Source: an uncultured bacterium (GTDB lineage Bacteria > Krumholzibacteriota > Krumholzibacteriia > Krumholzibacteriales > Krumholzibacteriaceae). From it: 28,578 nt of DNA. The position numbers were made by a program, and so were the translations under genes. The DNA lies in the NCBI GenBank assembly GCA_965371515.1, contig CBDUYR010000034.1:1-28578 (forward strand), given 5' to 3'. Every line of letters begins with the position of its first letter. The first letter of the stretch is position 1. The notes below the pieces were generated by a model. It saw only the letters and a list, made by a program, of their open reading frames with translations, was not told where the DNA came from and ran no database searches. This document shows, piece by piece, positions 9,753 to 17,645 of this stretch.

Positions 9753-11132
9753 ATGTACGGGAAAGACAGCAGCCCGGCCCGATCATTACTGGCCGAACGG
9801 TGGATGACCGCTGCCATAGTCGTGATAACGCTGCTGTTCCTCTCGATCAACTGGTACTACTACAACAAGACACGGTCCGCCCTCGACGGCGAATTCAGCA
9901 TCAGGCTCAGGGCCCTCGCTTCCCTCGCCGCATCCTCGGTCGATTCCGGCCGGATGGAAAACCTGTCTCCCGAACTCGCCGGGTTCGGCGCGGAGGATTC
10001 GTGTATCGCGGTACTCGATGCCCTCACCTTGGAGTACGATCTTGCCAGCATACAGGTGCTGCGCGAAGACGGCATCGTACTTCTTTCGACGAGGCCCGAC
10101 CTCTTCCCCCCTGGTGAGCTCTATCCTCACTGGAACATGGATTACGAAGAGATACTCAGGGCTCTCGAAGGGACTCCTTCCTCGACCGGGCTCTACCAAT
10201 CGCCGGGCGGGGGATACATCAAAGCGGGTTACGCCCCCGTCACTTCTACGTCGGGAAAAGCCTCGATCGTAGTCGCAGCCGAGGCCGACGCCGACTTCCT
10301 CCAGGGGATGAGCGGGCTCCGCACTCTTCTGATAGTCGCGACAACGGTGTCTCTGACCGGGCTTGCCATCTTCGTATGGCTCGTCTCCAAGGCAACGGGG
10401 TCGCTGATCAGGACGAGGGAATCGCTGATGCATGCCGAGACGCTCGCGTCGATGGGCAGGATGGCGGCAGGAATCGCCCACGAGATACGCAATCCTCTCT
10501 TTATAATACGCAGCAGCGCCGAGAACCTGAGGAAGAAACATCCCGGGGACGCCGAACAGATCGACGAATTCATATTAGACGAGGTGGATCGGCTGAACGG
10601 GATCCTGACCGACTACCTCCTCTTCGCGAGGAATGAATCGACGAGTGTCGTCATTACCGACCTCGTCAGGCTCCTGGACCGCAGCGTCAGGCTCGTCAAC
10701 GAACCGGGACAGGCGGAAAAGGTCGCCATCGAGACGCAGTTCGCCGTCGTGACGGCGCCGTTCGAGGGCGAGGAGAAGAAACTCCAGCAGGTGTTTCTCA
10801 ATCTCCTGCTCAACGCCATCCAGGCGATCGAAGGATCGGGAAGCCTCAGCGTATCGCTCTCGAGATCGAAGTCGGACTACATACTGGAATTCAACGATTC
10901 TGGGCCCGGCATTCCGGAAAAGGATCTCGAGAAGGTGTTCGAGCCTTTTTACACGACCAGACCGTCAGGAAGCGGCCTCGGCCTTGCAATCGCCAGAAGG
11001 GTCGTGGAGGATCACGGCGGCGAGATCAGTATAGCCGCGGGCAAATACAGAGGCACGGCCGTAACCGTAAGGTTGCCGGTCGACAGAGCTGAATCAGGAG
11101 ATATCGATGAGCCGAATACTGATAATCGATGA
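9753..11132 (+). CDS. Membrane sensor histidine kinase (NtrB/ZraS-like)
   Basis: Two TM helices flank a periplasmic domain. H-box AHEIRNPL, N-box QVFLNLLLNAIQA, G1 DSGPGI, F-box FEPFYTT and G2 GSGLGL. Confidence 0.95.
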   Translation: MYGKDSSPARSLLAERWMTAAIVVITLLFLSINWYYYNKTRSALDGEFSIRLRALASLAASSVDSGRMENLSPELAGFGAEDSCIAVLDALTLEYDLASIQVLREDGIVLLSTRPDLFPPGELYPHWNMDYEEILRALEGTPSSTGLYQSPGGGYIKAGYAPVTSTSGKASIVVAAEADADFLQGMSGLRTLLIVATTVSLTGLAIFVWLVSKATGSLIRTRESLMHAETLASMGRMAAGIAHEIRNPLFIIRSSAENLRKKHPGDAEQIDEFILDEVDRLNGILTDYLLFARNESTSVVITDLVRLLDRSVRLVNEPGQAEKVAIETQFAVVTAPFEGEEKKLQQVFLNLLLNAIQAIEGSGSLSVSLSRSKSDYILEFNDSGPGIPEKDLEKVFEPFYTTRPSGSGLGLAIARRVVEDHGGEISIAAGKYRGTAVTVRLPVDRAESGDIDEPNTDNR

Positions 11133-12453
11133 CGAAGAGAAGATCACACGCATCCTGAAGGAAGCGATCGCGTCGGAAGGATACGACGTCGAGACATGCT
11201 CCAGTGCCGAAGAGGCCCTCCCTCTCATCGAGAAGGGCGACATCGACATCATCCTCTGCGACCTGCGACTCGGGGGTATGGACGGCCTCGACCTTCTGCG
11301 CAGGTCGAGGAAGATCTCGCCGGGCACCGATTTCGTGATGATGACGGCGTATGCGAGCGCGTTGACGGCGGTAGAGGCGATGCGGCTCGGAGCTTACGAG
11401 TACCTCATCAAACCGTTCCAGATCGACGAGGTGATCCTCCTGCTCAGAAGGATATCGGAAAGGCGCGAGCTGATGATAGAGAACCTCGCGCTGAGGGAAA
11501 AGATATCTTCGAAGGGCGGCGGCAGGATCCTCGGAGACTCCCCGGCTATAAAAACTGTGCTGGATATGATCGGCAAGGTGGCTCCGACCACCACGCCTGT
11601 CCTCATCCAGGGAGAGAGCGGGACGGGTAAAGAGCTCGTCGCAGTCGAGATCCACGCGAGAAGCGACAGGGCGACAAAACCATTCATCATCATAAACTGC
11701 GCGGCAATTCCCGAGAACCTCCTCGAGGCCGAGCTCTTCGGACACGAGAAGGGCGCCTTCACCGGCGCGGTACAGAAAAAACCGGGACAGTTCAAGCTCG
11801 CCGACAAAGGCTCCCTCTTTCTCGACGAGATCGGGGAACTGCCCCTCTCTCTCCAGGCGAAACTGCTCAGAGCGATAGAGAACGGTGAATTCCTTCCGCT
11901 GGGCGGCACTAAGCCGACCATGGTCGATGTAAGGATAATCGCCGCCACCAACAGCGATCTCGAGAAACTCTCCGCCTCCGGCGGCTTCAGGCAGGACCTG
12001 TACTACAGGCTCAACGTCTTCCCCATTCGAATATCCCCCCTGCGCGAGAGGAATGAAGACATCCTCCCTATCGCGCGGGCTTTCCTCGCCAGCAAGACGA
12101 TATCCGACGAGATCTCCAGCGACGTCGTCGAGATGCTGGAGGGTTACTCGTGGCCCGGCAATGTCCGTGAACTCCGCAACGTACTCGAGCGAGCGGTCAT
12201 TCTCTCCGGCGGCGAACCGATCGAGCGTGAACATATCATGATATCGGAAGAAGGACTGGACGCCGGCGGCAACGGGCTCTCGGCCCTGGTCGGCAGGAAG
12301 AGCCTCGAGGAGATCGAGCGGTCCCTGATCGAGCTGGCCCTGGAGAAGACGGGCGGCAACAAGAGCAAGGCCGCTGGACTGCTCGGGATCACACGAAGGA
12401 CGCTATACAGCAGAATGGAGAAATACGGGCTCGGAAAGGGCGGAGATCAGTGA
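11107..12453 (+). CDS. sigma54-dependent response regulator (NtrC-family enhancer-binding protein)
   Basis: Receiver domain (IIDDE, CDLRL, MTAY, KPF), Walker A GESGTGKE, intact GAFTGA, Walker B FLDEIGE, FRQDLYYRL, WPGNVREL and a C-terminal Fis-type HTH. It overlaps the 3' end of the kinase gene. Confidence 0.97.
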   Translation: MSRILIIDDEEKITRILKEAIASEGYDVETCSSAEEALPLIEKGDIDIILCDLRLGGMDGLDLLRRSRKISPGTDFVMMTAYASALTAVEAMRLGAYEYLIKPFQIDEVILLLRRISERRELMIENLALREKISSKGGGRILGDSPAIKTVLDMIGKVAPTTTPVLIQGESGTGKELVAVEIHARSDRATKPFIIINCAAIPENLLEAELFGHEKGAFTGAVQKKPGQFKLADKGSLFLDEIGELPLSLQAKLLRAIENGEFLPLGGTKPTMVDVRIIAATNSDLEKLSASGGFRQDLYYRLNVFPIRISPLRERNEDILPIARAFLASKTISDEISSDVVEMLEGYSWPGNVRELRNVLERAVILSGGEPIEREHIMISEEGLDAGGNGLSALVGRKSLEEIERSLIELALEKTGGNKSKAAGLLGITRRTLYSRMEKYGLGKGGDQ

Positions 12454-12470
12454 TTTTCCCGGCGGGTCTG

Positions 12471-12509
12471 TGTACTCACAGGTCCACCACACCTGTACCT
12501 GCAGGTACA
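12471..12509. promoter_or_regulatory. Tandem candidate enhancer (UAS) sites
   Basis: A perfect 16-bp palindrome TGTACCTGCAGGTACA (12494-12509, TGT-N10-ACA form) and a 12/16-identical copy TGTACTCACAGGTCCA (12471-12486). They start 23 bp apart and lie about 75-115 bp upstream of a -24/-12 element. Confidence 0.7.
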
Positions 12510-12584
12510 ATTATGGGGATCCACACCGCTTGGTATATTTTTTAACCGATTGTAATATAACGAGTTAAGTCGGCAGGGGCCTTG

Positions 12585-12599
12585 TGGCATATATGTTGC
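12585..12599 (+). promoter_or_regulatory. sigma54 (-24/-12) promoter
   Basis: TGGCATATATGTTGC matches TGGCAC-N5-TTGC with exact GG-N10-GC spacing, 45 nt upstream of the 12645 start codon. Confidence 0.8.
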
Positions 12600-12644
12600 G
12601 TGTTATGACTTCGGACAACGGGAATTGAAAGGAGTCCCCCGGAC

Positions 12645-13934
12645 ATGAACAGAAAAACAGCATATATGATAATCGCAGCACTTCTGATCGCGGCCTTCCT
12701 GCCTTCAGGGATCGTATACGCGCAGGGAAGCGGCAAGGACGCGACGGCAGCACGTGAAGCGATCGAGCGTACCAACGAGGTCATAGCCTCCGCTCGCGAG
12801 ATAGTACAGGATACAAGGAGCATGAAGGCGCGAAGAGCGCTCGAGTATTCGTTGAAGCTCCAGCACAGGGCGGAAAACAGTGAAGCCGCCGCCTATTACG
12901 GTCTGGCATACAAGCTGACCACTCAGGCGAGAAACGAAGCCTGGCACGCGATAAACCTCGCCAGAACCGATGCGAGGCAGGAGGAGCGACTCACGCGTAT
13001 CGCCGAGCATACTACCGAGAAACTCGTCATGCTCAGGGCGAGGATCGCCGAGACGGAAGTGAGGGACGAACGGACCTTGAGGCTCATGAACGAATCCCGC
13101 AGCCTCCTCGAGAAGGCCAGGATCAATCACCAGCAGCTTCGCGGAGAACTGGCGCTCAAGCTCGCCGAGAACTCCTTCAGACTCGCTAATCAGGCCGAGG
13201 AGCGCTTCAGGAGATCCCTGAACCTCATGGAGATGTGCCAGAGAAGGCTGACCATCCTCGAGAGGCTCTCCGAGAGGGCATATGCTAACCTGGAGGGATC
13301 CGGGGACGAGAGGGCCGCGGCGCAGCTGCACAAGACCGAGGAGCAGCTCGCGAGGGCCCGTAACACCTTCAACGCCGGCCGATACGACGCGTGCAGGATG
13401 AACCTCGAGAAGGCTGAGAGGATCCTGCGCAACATGACAAGAAATACGGTGAGAACCCGCGCCGGCGAACCCGAGAACATGATGGCCGACACCAGAAGAC
13501 TCCAGACAAGGGCCGAAGAGATGATCGGCGCCCATGAGGGAGCCCCTGAGAACGCATACATGCTGCTCGAGCAGTCCAGGCGGATGCTCGACCGCGCCGA
13601 ATCCGAGATCGCGGAGGGCAACTCCGAAGAGGCCCTGCGCCTGATGCAGCAAGCGAGAAGAATGATGCGCACCGCCGTAGAGGAAGCCAGCTCCGACGTG
13701 CCGCCCGAGCAGGCGGCTGATGAGGTCGAGAGGGCTGCCCAGCTCGGCGAATTAGTGAGAAACACCCTGGAGCAGTGCGAGGCCGAAGGGGCCCGCAATC
13801 TCTACGAGAGGGCCAACACTCACATGGCGCGCGCGAAGGAAAACCTGGACAAGGGCCAGCGCGAGCGTGCCGTCGCCGAGGCGAGGATCGCCCGCAACCT
13901 CTTCACTAGAATAAGAGAGATATGCGCTCACTGA
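12645..13934 (+). CDS. Secreted all-alpha protein with five ~75-80 aa helical repeats, function unknown
   Basis: Sec signal peptide ending VYA-Q and an AAGGAG RBS. Ala/Glu/Arg/Met-rich, with repeats visible by eye. Confidence 0.85.
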   Translation: MNRKTAYMIIAALLIAAFLPSGIVYAQGSGKDATAAREAIERTNEVIASAREIVQDTRSMKARRALEYSLKLQHRAENSEAAAYYGLAYKLTTQARNEAWHAINLARTDARQEERLTRIAEHTTEKLVMLRARIAETEVRDERTLRLMNESRSLLEKARINHQQLRGELALKLAENSFRLANQAEERFRRSLNLMEMCQRRLTILERLSERAYANLEGSGDERAAAQLHKTEEQLARARNTFNAGRYDACRMNLEKAERILRNMTRNTVRTRAGEPENMMADTRRLQTRAEEMIGAHEGAPENAYMLLEQSRRMLDRAESEIAEGNSEEALRLMQQARRMMRTAVEEASSDVPPEQAADEVERAAQLGELVRNTLEQCEAEGARNLYERANTHMARAKENLDKGQRERAVAEARIARNLFTRIREICAH

Positions 13935-14332
13935 GCGCTAGATATCTGCGCTCGACGGCGCATGTTGCCGTTCTGCTCGCAGCAACGAACCTGGTAGCGT
14001 GCGCCGTCCATTCCCCGCCTCCCCCCTCCGGAGGCGGGGATTCAATTTTAGATACGATTGCAGTTAATGCCCAACCCCCTGACAGCCTTTACTTTACGAC
14101 GGACCACCCGGACTCTTCGGCCGCCGCCGATTACGACCTGATGTTCCTCGAGATCCACTCGGATCTGACTGTAGAGCTTCGAGAGCTCGAAAAATCGGGC
14201 AAAGGCGGAACAAGCCTTGCCGAGATACAGTCTATTGTAAAAACGGCCGAGGAGTTTTATCTTGAGGGTAAACCCTTGGTAGCCATCAAACTGTTGGCTG
14301 AAGCCAAATTGCTTTTAAGACAAGCTCCCTGA
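13922..14332 (+). CDS. Small hypothetical lipoprotein
   Basis: Lipobox LVA-C, a Pro/Gly linker and a helical C-terminus. It overlaps the previous gene and ends 2 nt before the next. Confidence 0.75.
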   Translation: MRSLSARYLRSTAHVAVLLAATNLVACAVHSPPPPSGGGDSILDTIAVNAQPPDSLYFTTDHPDSSAAADYDLMFLEIHSDLTVELRELEKSGKGGTSLAEIQSIVKTAEEFYLEGKPLVAIKLLAEAKLLLRQAP

Positions 14333-14334
14333 TC

Positions 14335-15591
14335 ATGAGAATAACCTGGCTGTTCAGGGTGCTGGCACTGTCACTGGCGCCGGCGCTGTTACTTATCATC
14401 CTTCCCCTCACACCTCCCGCGGACGCGGCCGAGTTACGGAACCGTCTGCTTGCCGGGTACGATTCGTTCATAGACAGGTTTACGCTCATCGAGGACGACA
14501 CGACCGAGACTGTGCACGAATACTACGTCGGCCTCGATAACTATCTCCTCACCGGAAGCGGCACCAGAAAATTCACGCTGAGAAATATCTTCAAGTACGG
14601 CAACCAGACGATAGACAACGATCTCAACGGAGTATTCAACGCCGGTTCGCGAGCAGGCGGGCGGATACAGCTGCGCGGAAACCTCCGCCTGAAGTTTTTC
14701 CGTGAGGGTAGCGACTACGCGTTCGGCAACGATTACGCCCAGTCGAACATCCATCTCAAGCTTGGAAAGCTGTTCGGCGAGAAATGGTACGTGCTGTCAA
14801 AAACCAGGGCAGAGCTGGTCATTTTCGACGAGAAGACCCAGTTCGACTACGATTACCGCTATCTCGATACAGGCCTCGGAGTCGAATCAGGCGGCTATTT
14901 CAACAGGTTCGTGCGCGTCTTCGCCGCGCTTGGGCACAGGGAGGCGCCCGACACGACAGACCTGAGCTTCGACAGGGTCGTGCTTGAGGCAGAGGCCAGA
15001 TCCTCTTCCGGCCCGCTGACATTCGATCTGTCGGCGATCGGCGACAGGCGCGAGTACTCGGGAATCACCAGGAGCGACTACTGGTTTATCTTTTCCACGG
15101 GCGGAATCACCTGGACGAACATGAGCGGCAGGACACTCACCATGAGGATCGAATCCGAACTCCTGTACTACGACACTCAGACGAGGACCTGGTTCAACAA
15201 CCACTTTTTCAGGGGGAGCCTGCGACTGAGGCTGCCCGTGACCGAAATATCGAATTTCTATGTCGAGCCCAGGGCGGCGACCATGCGGTGCGAGTCGTTT
15301 ATCGAGGAAAGATATATGGAAGGCTCGGTCGTGCTCGGCTTCGACATCATGGGGAGCGAAAATTACTGGATGAGCTTCTCCTGGGAACCGGGGTACCGCA
15401 GCTACTCGCTGGAGGACAACCCGATCTATTCGAACTTCAGTTTCAACAGGCTCTCTCTGATGGCAAGCGGGACCTTCGGAAAGAGGTACGGGGCCAACAT
15501 CTTTGTATCGCACGACCCGGAAAAGCATACGCGAAGGACCGACGACTTCACCATCACAATGGTCGCGGCTTCCGTATCACTCATGTTCTAG
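14335..15591 (+). CDS. Putative outer-membrane beta-barrel protein
   Basis: Signal peptide ending ADA-A. Alternating hydrophobic/polar, aromatic- and Gly-rich strands throughout. C-terminal strand VAASVSLMF ends in Phe. Confidence 0.7.
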   Translation: MRITWLFRVLALSLAPALLLIILPLTPPADAAELRNRLLAGYDSFIDRFTLIEDDTTETVHEYYVGLDNYLLTGSGTRKFTLRNIFKYGNQTIDNDLNGVFNAGSRAGGRIQLRGNLRLKFFREGSDYAFGNDYAQSNIHLKLGKLFGEKWYVLSKTRAELVIFDEKTQFDYDYRYLDTGLGVESGGYFNRFVRVFAALGHREAPDTTDLSFDRVVLEAEARSSSGPLTFDLSAIGDRREYSGITRSDYWFIFSTGGITWTNMSGRTLTMRIESELLYYDTQTRTWFNNHFFRGSLRLRLPVTEISNFYVEPRAATMRCESFIEERYMEGSVVLGFDIMGSENYWMSFSWEPGYRSYSLEDNPIYSNFSFNRLSLMASGTFGKRYGANIFVSHDPEKHTRRTDDFTITMVAASVSLMF

Positions 15592-15596
15592 AGATG

Positions 15597-15621
15597 AAAA
15601 CGGGCGGATACGATGTCCGCC
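15597..15621 (-). terminator. Possible terminator between convergent operons
   Basis: Hairpin GGCGGATA-CGA-TGTCCGCC on the plus strand, with a short T-run after it on the minus strand. Confidence 0.4.
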
Positions 15622-15655
15622 AGTCGAAAGATCCGTGTCCGTACCTGTCCGGCGC

Positions 15656-17620
15656 TCAGAATATCTCGGCGATATCCCTGACCTTGATCTCTTCTTCCTT
15701 CTCGCGAGCCTTCAGCCCATCCTCGAACATCGTCAGGCAGAACGGGCAGGCCGTGTAGATCGTGTCTATGCCGAGGGTAAGCGCCTCGTCGACGCGCTCC
15801 TCGTTGATCCGCTTGCCGATCGTTTCCTCCATCCACATCCGGCCGCCTCCGGCGCCGCAGCAGAAGCTCCTCTTTCCCCTGCGATCGAACTCGGCCAGCG
15901 CACCCGCACCCGACTTTTTAATCAGTTCACGCGGTTCGTCTATTATGCCGTTGTACCTGCCGAGGTAGCACGAATCGTGGTATACACCCTTCGACCCGTT
16001 GCCGCTGCCCGCAAGCTTTCCCGCCTCGGCCAGCTCGAGAAGGAACTGCGAGTGATGCACGACCGGCTTTTCGTATCCGAACTGCGGATACTCGACACTG
16101 AAGGTGTTGAAGCCGTGCGGGCAGGTCGTCAATATCCGGTTGAATCTGTATTTATTGAGATTCTCGATGTTCGACTCGATCAGCGTCTGTGCGAGGTATT
16201 CATTGCCCATCCTCCTCGCCGTCTCGCCGCAGCACATCTCCTCGACGCCGAGGATCGCGAAGTCGACTTCCGCTTTCTTCAGTATGCCGACCATTGCCTT
16301 CGCGACGCTCTGACCCCTCGCGTCGAAAGATCCGGAGCAGCCGACCCAGAAGAGAACGTCGAACTCCTGTTTCTCGGCGGCGACGGGAACATCAAGCCCC
16401 TCGGCCCAGTCAGCCCTCGTCGAGAATCCCATCGACCACGGATTGTAGTTGACCTCCATGTTCCTGAAGACTGCCTGCATCTCGTGCGGGAATCTGCTCT
16501 CCGTCATGACGAGATAGCGCCTCATGTCGACGATCTTCTGGACGTGCTCGATGAAGGGCGGGCATTCCTGCATGCAGGCGCCGCAAGTGGTGCATGCCCA
16601 TATCTCGTCTTCGGAGACAGTCGCTCCTATGATCGGTGTCGCCTCGGCCTCGTCGCCCCCCTCGATCAGCTTCTGCCTGTCGTTGACGAGATGCCCCCTC
16701 ATCATGTGGATCACGCTGAATGGGCTGAGCGGCTTCTCGGTGAGATAGGCCGGGCACGCCGCCTGGCACCTCCCGCACTCGGTGCACGCATAGAGGTCGA
16801 GGAGCTGCTTCCACGTGAAGTCCCTCACCTCGGAGTTGCCGAACTTCTCGGCCGCCTCATCCTCGAAGTCCATCCTGCTGAGCGTCCCCATTGGTCCGAG
16901 ATTGCGAAAGAAGATATTCGGGATCGCGCCGAGGATATGGATATGCTTCGAAAACGGTATGAAGATGGTGAAAAAGAAAATAATCAGATGATGGATCCAG
17001 GCGAAGACCCTCTCGAGTATGTGCGGATCTGCCTTACCGTCGATCAACCCGGCGACGACCGCCGATACGGGAGCGTACGCCCGGTCGACTTTCGGCGGAT
17101 CCATGAGCATCCCCGCACCCTTTATCCCGAACATGAGAAGTATCAGGACAAAGATCAGGCAGAGGATGAACACCGCTTCTTTCTTTGCCTTCGGATCGTC
17201 GATCTGCAGGCGCAGCGGTTTCAGCACGAATCTCCGGAAGAGCGAGACGATGATCGCGCCAAGTACGAGCAGTCCCAGTACGTCCTGGACCCACGAGATC
17301 ATTCCGGCGATCTTCGCGCCGAAGATCGAGACATAGCTGAATCCTGGAGAGATCATCCCGCCGATATGCTCGAACGTACCGAGCGAGATGAATATGAACC
17401 CGTAGAAGATGATGAAATGCCCGAGGCCCGACAGCTGGGCGAGGACCCGCGCCTGTGCGCCTACAAAGACTATGACCGACCAGATCCTCTCTCCCCACCG
17501 GTTGAACCGGTCTTCCGGCTTCCCCAGCTTGAGCGACCTGACGAGCAGCCTCAGAACAAACGCAAACGCTGACAGGACACCAAGTACTATCACCAGCAGG
17601 GCAATACCTTCAGCGGTCAT
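15656..17620 (-). CDS. fadF: Membrane-bound FeS oxidoreductase (ETF:menaquinone oxidoreductase EMO / FadF / DUF224-type)
   Basis: N-terminal multi-TM cytochrome b-like domain with candidate His ligands (LGHF, FEHI, WIHH, SKHIH). Two CxxCxxCxxxCP motifs and two CCG domains (MCCG, FCCGAGGG, TACPFC). It lies directly downstream of etfA. Confidence 0.88.
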   Translation of the reverse strand: MTAEGIALLVIVLGVLSAFAFVLRLLVRSLKLGKPEDRFNRWGERIWSVIVFVGAQARVLAQLSGLGHFIIFYGFIFISLGTFEHIGGMISPGFSYVSIFGAKIAGMISWVQDVLGLLVLGAIIVSLFRRFVLKPLRLQIDDPKAKKEAVFILCLIFVLILLMFGIKGAGMLMDPPKVDRAYAPVSAVVAGLIDGKADPHILERVFAWIHHLIIFFFTIFIPFSKHIHILGAIPNIFFRNLGPMGTLSRMDFEDEAAEKFGNSEVRDFTWKQLLDLYACTECGRCQAACPAYLTEKPLSPFSVIHMMRGHLVNDRQKLIEGGDEAEATPIIGATVSEDEIWACTTCGACMQECPPFIEHVQKIVDMRRYLVMTESRFPHEMQAVFRNMEVNYNPWSMGFSTRADWAEGLDVPVAAEKQEFDVLFWVGCSGSFDARGQSVAKAMVGILKKAEVDFAILGVEEMCCGETARRMGNEYLAQTLIESNIENLNKYRFNRILTTCPHGFNTFSVEYPQFGYEKPVVHHSQFLLELAEAGKLAGSGNGSKGVYHDSCYLGRYNGIIDEPRELIKKSGAGALAEFDRRGKRSFCCGAGGGRMWMEETIGKRINEERVDEALTLGIDTIYTACPFCLTMFEDGLKAREKEEEIKVRDIAEIF

Positions 17621-17645
17621 TACGCCTCCTCGTCAATCTGCCTTC

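Noticed and set aside
7513..15658. Selenocysteine read-through at TGA stops (7513-7515, 15656-15658) or within the CGC motif
   Set aside because: Both CGC cysteines are TGC. The TGA codons fall at plausible natural C-termini and are followed only by short, unconvincing extensions.
15503..17572. 689-aa plus-strand ORF and other long antisense ORFs (4255-5394, 11026-12234, 19622-20650, 22710-23987, 25290-26384)
   Set aside because: Each lies opposite a well-supported gene and has no recognisable motifs. GC-rich codon bias that depletes antisense stops explains them.
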